Source: Bacteriovoracaceae bacterium (GTDB lineage Bacteria; Bdellovibrionota; Bacteriovoracia; Bacteriovoracales; Bacteriovoracaceae). From it: a stretch of DNA of 64,000 bases. The translations under genes and the position numbers were made by a program. The DNA lies in NCBI GenBank assembly GCA_018649885.1, contig JABIHA010000076.1, positions 1 to 64,000 of the forward strand, written 5' to 3'. The notes below the pieces were generated by a model. That model was given only the letters and a program-made list of their open reading frames with translations. It was not told the origin of the DNA and did not search any database. Positions 63,801 to 64,000 of this stretch are shown piece by piece; the first letter of the stretch is position 1; each line of letters begins with the position of its first letter.

Positions 63801-64000
63801 TCTTGGTCATATTTATACAAAAAAAGAAGAATATAATAAGGCCTTAAAAAACTATAAACATGCTCAAACTATCAATCAGAACTCAGTCGATGCTCTTCTT
63901 GGTTTGGCCTGGATTAAATATCAGCAGAATCAGATTGAGTCGGCACTTGATCTTTATGAGAAATGTGCCAAGCTCGATCCAAATAATTCATTTGTCAGAA
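60835..64000 (+). CDS. large bitopic TPR protein with GYF_2-like N-terminus (3' end beyond the window, absent from the ORF track)
   Basis: Frame 1 appears open from TTG 60835 to the window end. N-terminus MKKYRIKLENGRVIGPFAKEQVGELYIKGHI..W, acidic linker, TM MAALLVVLAVIYQVFLG at about 61738-61790, then many TPR-like repeats (e.g. YTLLGHIY, ALLGLAWI, LDPNN). Confidence 0.85.
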   Translation, partial: MKKYRIKLENGRVIGPFAKEQVGELYIKGHIYGQEDCQEFPAGKWQDLESFSELSELIVDIIAGKVSLEVLQDRQKTVFKKISIKKIHELPDSLKKEDKKFDLKEFDFDSDEEFNFESVDESKKDSELNLSKLFEAHKDDETTPSKEMVNPQHIEETHVEKDIGEIPSFDDEDDELNKTVINKSFENFPLKQNEEEKVEEDTPSIIEEVLEKAKTDGPSSEEQDDIAPAVSDTEISSDDHTVVGSLKDFKSDLIKKASKFEANLVRVEKKDRAEKKAKSETPQIAPPEEKKEVKKQKPIFKMAALLVVLAVIYQVFLGGEDKQKNFKPIFPDIAFPFPFEKPNPKAALKYLREGLELYKLGSYKHKALAARKFKDSLDNSFEKNKALGHLLLTYAELLENAKDREKANLKVYQLVEVSKGRVLTDQKIAMGSAIFFLKLGRPKAALKFLNDFLRVNSSSDIKAEDKAKISLKFYAVYLSVLIDLGEMADARKKLNGLEPIPDDKKSLEVYSSIVQFHLKNDDYNKAKDVIEKGLKYFPWSVSLRLTLCQIYSYFEEYDLLNSELKRVKKLNSEFSVVYYAKYLEFMGILNAVKKEYKNAAVFFKAALKLRENDSLRSKLALLEESSEANSDPDIGALVKESKALDLIKKSKVEASNGNFNKALILALEAREGFPNYVPAIIYLSDLQIRRGFFDDAIETLIKAKKASKLNQHIIYALVRAYAESFKVSEAKKTLSILRETEHRNSYQFASALGHIYYKSNEFLQAVKWLRESTNLNPLNEKDFFKLGSLFLRYRRYDKAKILLWKAISLDPSNIKYQIAYSRILYELDSVDVAIGYLRDILKEYNDSGLILSQISIYYYKSGQVKAFEQYKERVMKSLHIGKDLFDFLIKASKLEDKKEEIIKNYEAYIKVEPGDLAKQLEFGEYLLSESDLTAAEKVFTKIETKLKSYPKVKFFLANIKLMSGKEDEALILAQEEIKLNPNIEYGYTLLGHIYTKKEEYNKALKNYKHAQTINQNSVDALLGLAWIKYQQNQIESALDLYEKCAKLDPNNSFVR

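Overview
AT-rich bacterial chromosome segment spanning the replication origin. Gene order (rpmH-dnaA-oriC-dnaN-recF-gyrB-gyrA, split ATP synthase with b/b', parAB-bactofilin, membrane-only nuo block) suggests a Bdellovibrionota predator, probably Bacteriovorax/Halobacteriovorax-like (inference). Left of oriC, mostly on the minus strand: rpmH-rnpA-yidD-yidC-mnmE-mnmG-rsmG-parA-parB-bactofilin, atpF'FHAGDC, a large hypothetical gene, patatin plus lytic transglycosylase, HTH-OMP-ligA-radA. Right of oriC: dnaN-recF-gyrBA-TPR-atpZIBE, mfd-PPIase-surA-pdxA-uvrA (minus strand) and nuoA-H-J-K-L-M-N. Main findings: (1) a second, intact but extremely divergent A-H-J-K-L-M-N cassette follows nuoN directly, has lost most proton-pathway residues, and is translationally coupled to a GYF-like/TM/TPR gene; (2) canonical NuoL has a roughly 27-aa longer lateral helix, the signature of four-antiporter ('2M') complex I, yet the canonical block has one nuoM; (3) an unexplained palindrome, GGTYCYATAGGACC, occurs as a phased five-copy array between mnmE and mnmG plus one copy after bactofilin, distinct from three canonical parS sites inside rsmG. 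No tRNA, rRNA, CRISPR or intact mobile element was seen. All alignments were done by eye and no database searches were run.
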